64,000 nt of DNA, from NCBI GenBank assembly GCA_965215195.1, contig CBDCDC010000002.1, positions 3,104,001-3,168,000 on the forward strand, written 5' to 3'. The DNA comes from Candidatus Latescibacterota bacterium (GTDB lineage: Bacteria > Latescibacterota > UBA2968 > UBA8231). This document shows, one piece after another, positions 11,395-21,565 of this stretch. The first letter of the stretch is position 1. Every line of letters starts with the position of its first letter. Position numbers and translations under genes: made by a program. The notes under the pieces are model-generated. The model saw only the letters and a program-made list of their open reading frames with translations, had not been told where the DNA came from and did not search any database.

Positions 11395-12864
11395 ATGCGT
11401 CCCTTCTACTCTTTTCTCATCTCTCTCGCCTTCTTCCTCCCGGCGGATGCAAGGAGCGGCCCGGATTTCGCGGAGGCTTTTCCCGACCCGGCCATGCTCA
11501 TGGCGACCGCTGACATCGAAGAAACGCGGGAACTACTCCATACGGTGCAACTTCCCGAGACGGACGCACACCACGACGCGCTGCTGAAGGCACTCGACGA
11601 TGTAGAAGCGATAGACAGTGAGCACCTCGTGCTGCTGACCGAAGCGGTTGCCATTCCGCCGCGGCTAACGGATGCCAAGACTGGGATAAAGTCGATCATC
11701 AAGGCAGTGATTGACGGCCGGGATATCGCATATAGCCGAGGGGAGGGCGAGTTTTCGCACGTCATTGACGACCTCCTCCTCGCCGGGGCCAAGAAGCTGA
11801 GCGATGTCGGTCCCCAGAGCTTTGGCCGCCTCGTATCCGTTGCGCAGACGCCGGAGGCTATCGTCGCGCTAAGCGATATCCTGCTAGAGCGCTCTGACTC
11901 CGGATCCACGAGCGATTTAGAGGCGATCCTCCGAGAGATTCCTTGGGACGGCGTCCGCCAAGAACTCTGCATTGAGGTCCTGATTCCCCGCGGCCTCCTA
12001 AAGGATGAGCGCACCGATATTGCGATTGAGTCGATGCGTTTCGATTCAGGCCGCACGGCCTTGATCGGTGCCGTGTACAAATCACTTGACGCGCTGGACG
12101 CGGCGACTCTTATGCGGCACGTGCGCTTGCAGGGCTTCGACAGCGGCAGGACGGATGTCGTTGAGGAAGGCGTTGCCGTGCTCGACCGCATAGATGGCTC
12201 GGTGGCGTTGGCGTTGGTGGAGACGGCGGGTTTTGATTCGGGCAGGGAAGCGATCCTCAAGGCATTGCTGCCAAAGCTGGCCCTGCGCAACGCCGATGAG
12301 ATGCTCGCTTTGGTGCGGACGAACTCGTACGATTCAGGTCGGGAGGCCATGCTCAAGGCATTGCTGCCGAAATTGGAGCGGATTGACGGCTCGGTGGCGT
12401 TGGCGTTGGTGGAGATGGCGGGCTATGATTCGGGCAGGGAGGCGATGCTCAAGGCATTGCTGCCGAAGTTGGCCCTGCGCAACGCCGATGAGATGCTCGC
12501 TTTGGTGCGGACGAACTCGTACGATTCAGGTCGGGAGGCCATGCTCAAGATCGGTGTCAAGCTCGGATCGAACTTCCCGGCGGTACGTGCCGACGATCTC
12601 GTATCCTATGCCCAAATCGGCAGCTTCGATAGTGGCCGCAACGAGATGCTGAGGCTGGTCGCGCCGCACTTCAAAGGCGGGTTTACGAAGCAGAGCGCAA
12701 CGCGGTTGCTCGGGGCGTTCTCGTTTGATAGCGGTCGATTGGATGCGGTCGAGTTCTTTCGGGAGGAGCTACAGAAGTTGTCCGAGAAAGATCGCCGCGA
12801 CGTGCTGGGTCCATTCTCGAGGGCATCGAGCCGCGAGGAAGCGGTGGAACTGCTGCTCCAGTAG
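11395..12864 (+). CDS. Secreted helical-repeat protein with ~32-aa (F/Y)DSGR repeats (DUF4476-like)
   Basis: Signal peptide; eight (F/Y)DSGR motifs. Confidence 0.65.
   Translation: MRPFYSFLISLAFFLPADARSGPDFAEAFPDPAMLMATADIEETRELLHTVQLPETDAHHDALLKALDDVEAIDSEHLVLLTEAVAIPPRLTDAKTGIKSIIKAVIDGRDIAYSRGEGEFSHVIDDLLLAGAKKLSDVGPQSFGRLVSVAQTPEAIVALSDILLERSDSGSTSDLEAILREIPWDGVRQELCIEVLIPRGLLKDERTDIAIESMRFDSGRTALIGAVYKSLDALDAATLMRHVRLQGFDSGRTDVVEEGVAVLDRIDGSVALALVETAGFDSGREAILKALLPKLALRNADEMLALVRTNSYDSGREAMLKALLPKLERIDGSVALALVEMAGYDSGREAMLKALLPKLALRNADEMLALVRTNSYDSGREAMLKIGVKLGSNFPAVRADDLVSYAQIGSFDSGRNEMLRLVAPHFKGGFTKQSATRLLGAFSFDSGRLDAVEFFREELQKLSEKDRRDVLGPFSRASSREEAVELLLQ
12196..12549 (+). repeat. Intragenic near-identical duplication (12196-12357 and 12388-12549, 192-bp offset)
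   Basis: Direct DNA comparison; offset equals two 32-aa repeat units. Confidence 0.9.
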
Positions 12865-12882
12865 CCCGGCCCGCGCCGTTTG

Positions 12883-13836
12883 CTACCCCACAATCCCCAG
12901 TGTCTTGAGCGCAATCCCCAAGCCGACGACGATGATGATCACCGAGCTGGCTATGGGCAGCCGCTGAATCCAGCGGCCGTCGCCCGAGAATTGCTCCACG
13001 AGCGGTCGCGCCTTGACGATGAGTACGCCGATGGCGATGAGGATGGCGGCCAGCCCGACGCTGAACGCCACCAAAAGCAGCAGACCAAAGGAAATGCGAT
13101 GCAAGGCCACGGCCAGCAACAGGATCACCAAAGCCCCTGGACAAGGCACGATCCCACCGGAAATCCCCAGCGTTAGGAGACTGCCGAGGGTCACTTTGCC
13201 GGGTATCTCATGGCTGTGCCCGTGCTGGTGCTTCTCTTCATGACTCTGGTCGTGCCCGTGGTGATGTTCCCCATGAGGATGATCGCGGTGGTGCTCTTCT
13301 GCATGGCTGTGCCCGTGGTGGTGCGTCCCATGAGAGTGGCTGTAATCATAGCCTCGCCCTCTGAGATGATTGACCAAAAGCCATGTGCCTAGTCCCATGA
13401 TTAGGAGACCGGACGCCGTGCCGAGATACGGGAAAATCTGTTCCGGAAGGATGTACTGGGAGGCAAAAAGTGCCACTAGGCCCAACAAAATGACGCTCAT
13501 GGTATGCGTGAGGGCGACCACCCCCCCGAGGAAAAGGGCATTGCCTACTGTGCCGCGTGCGCCGACGAGGTAGGCAGCGACGATGGTCTTGCCGTGCCCT
13601 GGCTCTAGGCCGTGGGCCGCGCCAAGGAAAAGGGCGAGGGCCAACGCCCCCGCGATCAGACCGAGGCTCAGCTCTTCAGAGCGCAACATATCGCTGAGGG
13701 CATCCGTTTCCCCGTCGTCAGCGTTTGCCGTCCCGACGACACTGACCTTCGGCAGCCGTCCCGATTCGCCGGGCTCATCCCCCCAAGTCGGGACAGCAAT
13801 TGCCATCGCTACTAGTGCTAGTAGTATTTTCTGCAT
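12883..13836 (-). CDS. RcnA-like nickel/cobalt efflux transporter
   Basis: AHGLEPGHGKT, His-rich loop, GGIVPCPGAL. Confidence 0.88.
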   Translation of the reverse strand: MQKILLALVAMAIAVPTWGDEPGESGRLPKVSVVGTANADDGETDALSDMLRSEELSLGLIAGALALALFLGAAHGLEPGHGKTIVAAYLVGARGTVGNALFLGGVVALTHTMSVILLGLVALFASQYILPEQIFPYLGTASGLLIMGLGTWLLVNHLRGRGYDYSHSHGTHHHGHSHAEEHHRDHPHGEHHHGHDQSHEEKHQHGHSHEIPGKVTLGSLLTLGISGGIVPCPGALVILLLAVALHRISFGLLLLVAFSVGLAAILIAIGVLIVKARPLVEQFSGDGRWIQRLPIASSVIIIVVGLGIALKTLGIVG

Positions 13837-13913
13837 CGCTCGTTCTCCACGGTAGCAGTTACAGCACTTCCTGCACAGGTCTTACCCGGGGTTCTGGCAG
13901 TGGAAGACCCTTA

Positions 13914-14046
13914 GAAGCGGTCTGCAAACTCTCGGCGAACCGCGTTGAGCAGCGGTTGAGCGGCCCTCGGATGGCGCGTTTTTCGAGGGCGAGACGCCCT
14001 CGATCCTACACACAAGGGACGATACCTAGAATTTTCAGACCGCTTC
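13914..14046. mobile_element. MITE (133 bp) with internal REP-like hairpin
   Basis: TIRs GAAGCGGTCTGCAAACTCT and revcomp GAAGCGGTCTGAAAATTCT; TA on both flanks; hairpin CGAGGGCGAGACGCCCTCG from 13984. Confidence 0.75.
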
Positions 14047-14249
14047 TAAATCGCTTCTGAACTTGCACTTAAAATAAATACTCTTAAAGAAGCATCGTCC
14101 AGAACTCCGTTGCTATGCTCAACATTCGCAGACGCGACTACGGTCGAGGGGTTGGAACATCTCGCGTATCTGCTGAGCCAGCGGCGAATCTGGATAGGAC
14201 CGATCCTCACAAGCGCAATCCCGCTGCGAAGGCGATCCCGAATTGGACA

Positions 14250-15467
14250 CTAAAATAAAAATTTCCGCACAGTTTTCTCTTGAATTTCGGCACCGCCATG
14301 CGAGCTAAATCGCGGGCGGACTCGAATTGTCGTAACAGACTCGGTTTCATCATCAACCAACAAGGCTTCACCTCTACGATTCAAGTTGCGAATGTAGCTC
14401 TTTAAGTCTCCCCCCATATACGTTGCACTCAGTCGGTCAAGTGCATTGATGTCGTCCCAAGTTGTAATTTTGTGCGCGACAATGACGTCGCATTGTGATA
14501 ACAGTTCAGGATCAATCGCGGCCGGCTGTTGCGTCGCTACGACGAGGCTGAGACCGGGTTGACGTCCCTCTTTCACCCAACGAATGAGCATTTCCTTGCA
14601 GAGCGAGGCTCGTCCTTTCGGCACAAATTGATGGGCTTCGTCAATCGCCAGCCAAACCCGCGGTAGCTTCGTTGACAAGCCAAACTCCTCTCTTCGTCTT
14701 TCTCGGGTTCGCTCAGAGAAAAGACGGTGGGCGACAACGTCTAGCACCATATTGCGTAGTCCTTTCGTACCCGCATCAATCACACTTAGGTCTAAAACAT
14801 TGATCTGGTTCAAGAGAAACACATCATTCAATGAGGTAGGTTCTTCTGCGAAGATACCCCATCTATTCGCCGCCGTTAAACGGTTTTCTAAAGCCTCTTT
14901 AGAGGTGTCTTTCGCTCTTGGATCTCTCTTGATTACCGCAAGGATGTCATCAATCGTAAAATGCTGGTCTTTTTCGAGAAGTGTATCAACTGCTCGCCAC
15001 AAAACAATCCCCATCACTTCGTTTATGCCAATGTCAAACAGCTCGCACCACGCCTCGGGAGAGAGATCTGCGGTGCTAATTTGGAGTGGAACAACTTCGA
15101 CATCGTTCTCTCGCAACTTCGTAAGCACTGCGGCATCGCCGTATCGAATCAACGGATCACCAGGGACAATTAGTCTAACGGGGAAGCCACTGGTAAGAAA
15201 TCCGGCATGACGAACTTCATCCGCCTGGGTTTGGTTCGGCAGAGCCATCGTGTGGTAAATTCCCATCGGGTCGGCAATGATAATTGTTGCCTCGCCTTGT
15301 TCTTGGCTGAACAGTTCTTCGACGATGACGCCCATCGTGTAGCTTTTGCCAGAACCACGCTTGCCGCAAATGAATACGGCACGTGCTCCTGTTGCATTCA
15401 TATAAATCAGTTCGCCACTTTCGTATTCAGTACCGATTCGCAAGTTGACCTCTGCCATTTGAATCAC
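14250..15467 (-). CDS. HerA/FtsK-superfamily ATPase (DUF87-like), last gene of defence-like operon
   Basis: Walker A GKRGSGKS, IIADPMG, Walker B WLAIDEAH, KEGRQPGLSLVVATQQP. Confidence 0.88.
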   Translation of the reverse strand: MIQMAEVNLRIGTEYESGELIYMNATGARAVFICGKRGSGKSYTMGVIVEELFSQEQGEATIIIADPMGIYHTMALPNQTQADEVRHAGFLTSGFPVRLIVPGDPLIRYGDAAVLTKLRENDVEVVPLQISTADLSPEAWCELFDIGINEVMGIVLWRAVDTLLEKDQHFTIDDILAVIKRDPRAKDTSKEALENRLTAANRWGIFAEEPTSLNDVFLLNQINVLDLSVIDAGTKGLRNMVLDVVAHRLFSERTRERRREEFGLSTKLPRVWLAIDEAHQFVPKGRASLCKEMLIRWVKEGRQPGLSLVVATQQPAAIDPELLSQCDVIVAHKITTWDDINALDRLSATYMGGDLKSYIRNLNRRGEALLVDDETESVTTIRVRPRFSSHGGAEIQEKTVRKFLF

Positions 15468-16609
15468 CTACCATTTGGGATAATGTCGAATAATGGAACG
15501 AAAGACTCTTGTGCAGAAATTCCACCGTGAAATCCCCACTCCGTCACCTTTCGGTTCCTAGCGATGACTTCATCGTCTGTTAAAACCGTAAATGTCTCTC
15601 CAGATTCAGCAATAGTGATTCCCGACATGTCTGATGAGGTTTCTGCATAAGTATAACGAGAATAACGGGCGGACGTACTCCTTAATTGAACTGGCATCAC
15701 TTTCTGTTCTTTGAACCAGAGAATCCCATGGTCGCTAGTTATAAAAATCCGTACAGTCTTTTCAGACGATCCGACTGCTTCAACAATCTGCTCAATGTTC
15801 AATTTAAGTTGGTTCAGCATCGCTTCAATGTTCGGTTTTTCTCTATGACTATGGCAAACCCCATCAAGTCCTGTCCGCACAATCTGAATGAACATCCGGT
15901 CAGTCAGGTCAGCAGTCTGTAATTTATCCAATACTTCTTCAAAGGTTGTGACGCGAAACAGTTGGGTCGGTGGAAACTCGGAAAAGAGTACATCGGTAAG
16001 CTGATTTTGAGAACGCTCCCAATATGAAAATCCGACCCGCTGTGCGTACCCTAACGCAAACAATCGATGCGTTAAGGGTGGCGACCCGATTAGTCGACAC
16101 ATGCTGCTCGTTGTGATGCTTAGTCCATCAACAAGACATGGTTCACACATCATGAGCCAAGATTCTGGGAATGACCAATCGATCACATTGTACAACGACA
16201 GCCCATCAAACACCAGAAAAACCACAATGTCAGGAAGTGTGTGTGATACGCGATCTGTAATGGTCTGGGCGAGTTGCGATTGTTTCAAGAGTTTCGATTT
16301 ATCTGTGCATAAGGTGTTGAAACGGTCGGGTAATTTCTGGTTCACCCATTCGATTGGAGGAAACGCGGGAAGGTCAATTGTGGGGAAACCGAAAGTGTCT
16401 GTCAATTCTTCGCTTTCAGCCTCTGGGAAGTTCACAAAGAGCACTTCCTTTGTAGGAACTTCCCATGGCGTATCAACAACACCTCGCCATTCTGCCAGCG
16501 AACTGGGACGCCAAATATCAGACAGGCATATTTCCCATAGCCCTTGCGTCTCCTTTGGCAGAGTTGTCAGGCATGGGATTCGCTTTAGAAATTTGAATAA
16601 CCTATCCAA
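15464..16609 (-). CDS. PglZ-domain alkaline-phosphatase-superfamily protein
   Basis: FLVFDGLS, ITSDHG, FHGGISAQESFVP; ATGA overlap with the HerA gene. Confidence 0.8.
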   Translation of the reverse strand: MDRLFKFLKRIPCLTTLPKETQGLWEICLSDIWRPSSLAEWRGVVDTPWEVPTKEVLFVNFPEAESEELTDTFGFPTIDLPAFPPIEWVNQKLPDRFNTLCTDKSKLLKQSQLAQTITDRVSHTLPDIVVFLVFDGLSLYNVIDWSFPESWLMMCEPCLVDGLSITTSSMCRLIGSPPLTHRLFALGYAQRVGFSYWERSQNQLTDVLFSEFPPTQLFRVTTFEEVLDKLQTADLTDRMFIQIVRTGLDGVCHSHREKPNIEAMLNQLKLNIEQIVEAVGSSEKTVRIFITSDHGILWFKEQKVMPVQLRSTSARYSRYTYAETSSDMSGITIAESGETFTVLTDDEVIARNRKVTEWGFHGGISAQESFVPLFDIIPNGR

Positions 16610-16622
16610 TTCACGCCTCGCT

Positions 16623-19600
16623 TTATGCAGTTGTACGTGAGACTTTGATGTTCAGCCAGTTACGTTGGTATAATTCTTCGAGACTCTCAATAATCTCTGA
16701 AGTTGAACTGAACACTTCATTCGCAGACTGCCTGAGATTAATAATAAGTTCTGTGAAATCTTTGTCCGTATTCATTTCAATCAGATCCAAAAGCACTTTT
16801 GCGTTTGGACTTAGAGCCTATACGAAAATTGATTTACTGTTAATAAAAAGGTCTTGGCAATCTACGCTTTCCTTACCTATTGACCCTCAATCAAGTCCGA
16901 ATTGTCGACCGTTTGACATAATTTTCGTATAGGCTCTTAACTCACTTTTGTCACATCTAAGTTGACCTTGAATGTCTTCCCATCTTTTGAAAACCGCGTT
17001 ACCCACCTCCAAAATCGAATTGAGTGATTCCACCCACTCCGATAACTGGGCGTCAATAGCATCAGGTTTCAGGGCAACTTCCACCTCATTGATCCTATGC
17101 TCCAAATCCAGTACCTCACTGTCTAGGTCAATTGCCTGATTTTTGATCTTGTCACTGACGGTGAAGACCTCAATCGGTTTCATCAATTCGTTTTTTCGTT
17201 TTTCAATGCTTTCAATTGCGGGTTTGATAACAGATTCACGAATCTTCTCAACCGCTTTTTCACGGACTCGGCGGTAGGAACCTTCTTCGTCGGAGGGGTT
17301 GTATTGTTCGCTGATGCTTGGTCTGTTAGTGAGTTGGTGAAGTTGGTTTTCAATAGAGGCTTGAAACCGGATAAAGTCATCTTTTCGGCGTTCAGAGATC
17401 TGGTCAAATTCGATCTTGATTGCGGTGATTTGATTGGAGAAGTACTCGTGATCATCTAGCACCTGCTTGACGGTTTTCGTCTGGTCTGCAAGATGGTGCT
17501 TAATCCGCTGCTGTTCCTCGTCTAGTCTAACACAGAGTTCTTTAACCGCGTCTATCTCTTGGGCATCAGTCATCGTCAGCCGGTCACGCTCAACTTGTCT
17601 GGCAAGATTGCGCCATTTCTCAAATAACTCATAAAGCATTTCAACTTCTGCACACTTCTCGCGAAGTGCATCAATCTTCTTACCAATCGTCTGTATAGAA
17701 CTACGAAGATTAGCTGCCACTGCAATCGCTTTTTCAGAGATTTGATTGGATATGTATTCTTGCATCTTCTCATCGTGAATCGCCCGTACTTGCTTTTGTA
17801 TCTTAGCTATTTCTTGAGGAATGAAGGCATAAGCCTTCCGAATTTCATTGCGGACATCCTGAAACAGTAAAACTGAGAACTCGGTCGCCGGGTGTCCGGT
17901 CTCTTGCTTCAGTACCCTCGGCGGCTCTAATCTCAGTGTTTCACCCTCTGTGGCCTTTCGTTTTAGTTGGTCTGCGGCTGTCCCTATCCACCCCGCACAT
18001 TGCGTTTTGAAAGCGTCCTCAATTGAATTGAGTTTTTGCCGCAATGAATCCTTGCGGACTTCATCGGACTCAATTCCGACTACTTGGAAATCTGCCTGAA
18101 CCGACGATAACGAGTTATCTCCGTCGCTTTCTGGCGTGAAGCCCTTTGATTTTGCCAGTGCTTCCAGTGCCTCAAGCCGTTTGAGTTTGCTCTGCAGTTC
18201 GGCGAAACTGATCTCTGTCTCAACACAATACAGATAATCAATCCCTTGCTGCTGCTTTCTATCGACCAATCCTCTTGCTTCCAACACTTTGATTAACTCC
18301 TCAATTTCATCATTGAGATATCCAAGCCCCGCTTCTTGCTGGAAGACCTCGTGGCATTTTACTGCTTCGGTAGGCTTGCCATCAACAACGATGCTTTCCA
18401 CACTTGCCTCAAGCATCTTCAAAATGCGCTCTTCCATGTCATGGAGTTTGAAATATACAGCGACGGCTCCCTGATTGTTTTTCACGTCAACGCCTTCCGC
18501 TATGGTTTTGCCATTGGCGTCAAGTTCATTAACGAGCAAAAGATCACGCAAAATACCACCTGGATAGAAGGTATTGGAAAAAGTGGTGTGCTGACCAACC
18601 TTAAACATTCTTGGCACCTCTTTGCCACTCATTTTCATCGGTTCCTCGCCCCGTCTCACACCGAGGCTTTCGACATCTTTCAGTGCCAGTATGTAAATTC
18701 CTAAATTCTTTTTCCACTGATGCGAGATCGCCACAGCACGATATGATTTGAACTTCTCCCGTATCAGTACGCCCAAAGCTCGTTCGACAAAACTTTTCCC
18801 GGCCAATACTTGTGCTAAATCTGCTTGCTGTGATACGGCACTCTCCTTGACCTCAACGGAAAAGAAGTAACTGATCAATTGGTCACGAATTCGGGATTTC
18901 AAGAGTTTTACCTGCGATTCCTGTTTCAACTCCTTGATTTGGGCGATAGTCGTTTCTTTGTCAAAGAAGTTGAGCATCGACAAGAGCAATGAAGGAGTAA
19001 CAGACTCTGGCAGAAATAGATCGCCAAGTTTGCCAATATCTTTTGGGATTTCTAGTTTGTCGATCGCTTCCGAGATGTTGAGGTGGAAACAGAGTTTGTC
19101 TGCATGAACATCACAGGTATTTAGAATGTGCTTGTCCTGCTGAGTTTGAAAAATAAAAGAGGCGAACAACTGGCTTTCACGGTAGGCACCGCTAATTTCC
19201 TGGAACTCCTCGGTGCCAACATGGACAGTCAATGTCCGAGCTGGATAATCTCGGAGAGAACTTCCCGACAGTACGGCCTGAAAAATCGGTTCCATATCCC
19301 CCTCCATCTTTTTCAGCCCTCCCCAACCCGTAAAGGACGCTCCAACAGTCTGTGTGAAGATTTCGGGTAGAATGTAATTCGCAAATGACCTGACAGCGGC
19401 GCGATGGGTTTCTTCACTTGCGGGGTTGTACTGATTCCGCAGGATTTTAAGGATTTCAACGAGCGCATCGCCTGCCTGTAAATCATCCTTGTAGTGGGTT
19501 AATGTTGGCCCGGTGATTTTCGTAATAACATGTGTGCCCAACAATCCTTCCACGACCGCCAAGCGGTCTTCACCAGAGATGCCGTGCTTCTTGAAAAGTT

Positions 19601-20834
19601 CCTCCGGTACGCCATCTGGGCAGACGCATAGGAGTTTAACGACCTGCTGTTTCGCTTTGTTAGCACCGATGATGGGTTGACTCATGATTGAGGTGTGTGC
19701 TTTAACCGTGTCGATTTCCTGATTGTTGAAGCAAATGCGACCTTGAGAGATATAATCTTCGCAAAAATCGAAAATTGAATAGGGTTGTTTCGTTTCGCTG
19801 AAGCGTATTGCGGCATATCGAAACACCGCAACAACTGATCGGGGACCACTGATCAGTTGCGTTGTGCGTTGGTGCCCTAAAAACTGCCCGAGGGCAAACA
19901 GCACATCCGGATCGATCGCGTTTTGCTCCTCATTGGATAGTTTACACGCAATGGACAATTTCTCCCAAAGGTCGTGGGCGAAAGATCTATTGTTTTCAAT
20001 TTTTCCATACGCCTGCTCGAGATCAATCAAACTTCCTGTAGGCTTGTTGAAGCGTGCAAACATGTAAGGTTCTCTGAGTTGGATCTCCGAAAAAGTTCGG
20101 CGGTAGGTCAGAACAATACATCCAATTGGGAAACTGTTTTCTTGGAAGATGGGAAAAATAAAGTCCTTGAGTTCAGAAAAGTTCTTGGCGATGTCTGGAT
20201 TCGTATTGGCAAAAAGCTCGAATTCATCCGGCAGAATAAGCAATCCTTTGTAATCTGCCTCAAGAAGCGTTGCCGTTGCCTTCCGTAGGTAGTCAATGAG
20301 GCGGTTCGCGGAAATAGAATCAGTTAGCTCACCTTTCGCTTTGAGCGACTGAACAACCCGTCTGGCGTGATCGAGCGGAATATCTTCTTCTTGACTGGTT
20401 CTGCGGGCACGGTCTTCGTCGCTGCTTTCAATTAGCGTCTTATACCGCTGTTCTAGATCGGGAATCAGATCTGGTCTCTTCGCCTTTAAACGATAACAGA
20501 CCCATCTATGAGTTGCGATAAGCATGTCGGCAATGCTATTCCACGCAAACGGTGGAACAGTAACAATCTCCCGTTGTTCCGCATAATGCCAAAATGAGGC
20601 TGCTGTTGAGGTTTTGCCGTAGCCCGTATCGGCATGGATGAGCCCGGTTGCCGAACGCCCTCGCAGAAGGTTGTTGAGAATGGCATCCCACTTATCGGCC
20701 ATATCGGCAATAGCGACATGTGTTGAGACGTGAAATTGAAAACGATTTGCCCATTCACCTGGTCTCGCCGCGAGGTCTGATGCGCTTGGCGTATCAACCA
20801 CAACACTCTTCTGAATGATCTCTTCCAAAGCCAT
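16623..20834 (-). pseudogene. Large P-loop ATPase with long coiled coil (BrxC-like), interrupted by a MITE; current ORF 16887-20834 (1315 aa), restored ORF 1361 aa
   Basis: Walker A ADTGYGKT, Walker B LILPDEFE, coiled-coil C-half; removing MITE plus one TTA restores frame to TAA at 16623-16625. Confidence 0.75.
16814..16936. mobile_element. MITE (123 bp), IS5/IS1031-like ends
   Basis: Perfect 17-bp TIR GAGCCTATACGAAAATT / AATTTTCGTATAGGCTC; TTA at 16811-16813 and 16937-16939. Confidence 0.92.
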
Positions 20835-20877
20835 GTGTAATCTCCTCTCCCTAGTCGATCTGGAGCCTGCTTATGTC

Positions 20878-21411
20878 TTATATCGCGTGTTCTGCTAGCA
20901 TTTTAAGTTGTTCCCAAATCCCCGAGCGGTGGCGTTCAAAACTGTCCACCTTATCAATTGGCGAATGGGCAAAAAATTTACGCATCACGCCCTCAATTTG
21001 CGCCACATCTCTATCTGTCAGATCCAACTCAATGCTCCGAACCGCATCATCAATCGGTTGGCGCGTCACCAAAACTACCGACGACGCGCTGGCCCAAAGC
21101 ATATCCCCAAAGATCGACCGAGCTAAATTTCGGGCAGACGGTGCGTTATCAATGATAACTACTGAATTTGGGGAAATTTCCGTTCTTGGACAATTTTCCA
21201 TAGATGAAAAATAGAGACCTTCTGCACAGTGATGGAGATAGTGAGCGAGAAACGTTTTGCCGATTCCTGGATTCCCCCAGAGATTGATACGTTGTTGATA
21301 GTCTCCAATCTCCTGTCGCAAAAACTGACAGACCGCTTGTTGAGAAGTTGTCAAAGCCTCATTGGTTTCCGCCAATGCAAGCAGTTTTCTATGGTGAGAT
21401 TGCCAGAGCAT
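20878..21411 (-). CDS. Small P-loop NTPase (BrxB-like position)
   Basis: Walker A GNPGIGKT, Walker B-like VVIIDNA; 177 aa. Confidence 0.65.
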   Translation of the reverse strand: MLWQSHHRKLLALAETNEALTTSQQAVCQFLRQEIGDYQQRINLWGNPGIGKTFLAHYLHHCAEGLYFSSMENCPRTEISPNSVVIIDNAPSARNLARSIFGDMLWASASSVVLVTRQPIDDAVRSIELDLTDRDVAQIEGVMRKFFAHSPIDKVDSFERHRSGIWEQLKMLAEHAI

Positions 21412-21565
21412 CGAATTTAATTCACAGATGTTTTGCGTCTCATTTTTACCGTTTGTTGATGCTTTCGCAGCAACTCAGTACGTTCTTGCCAGAAAGCCAG
21501 TTGTTCTTTGAAACAGACGTATCCGCATATACGCTCAAAATCTGTGTATTCAACTTTCAATCCTC

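Noticed and set aside
21417-21560. Small ORF in the island gap
   Set aside because: Two competing TTG-start frames (47 and 35 aa) with no recognisable motif; neither can be supported.
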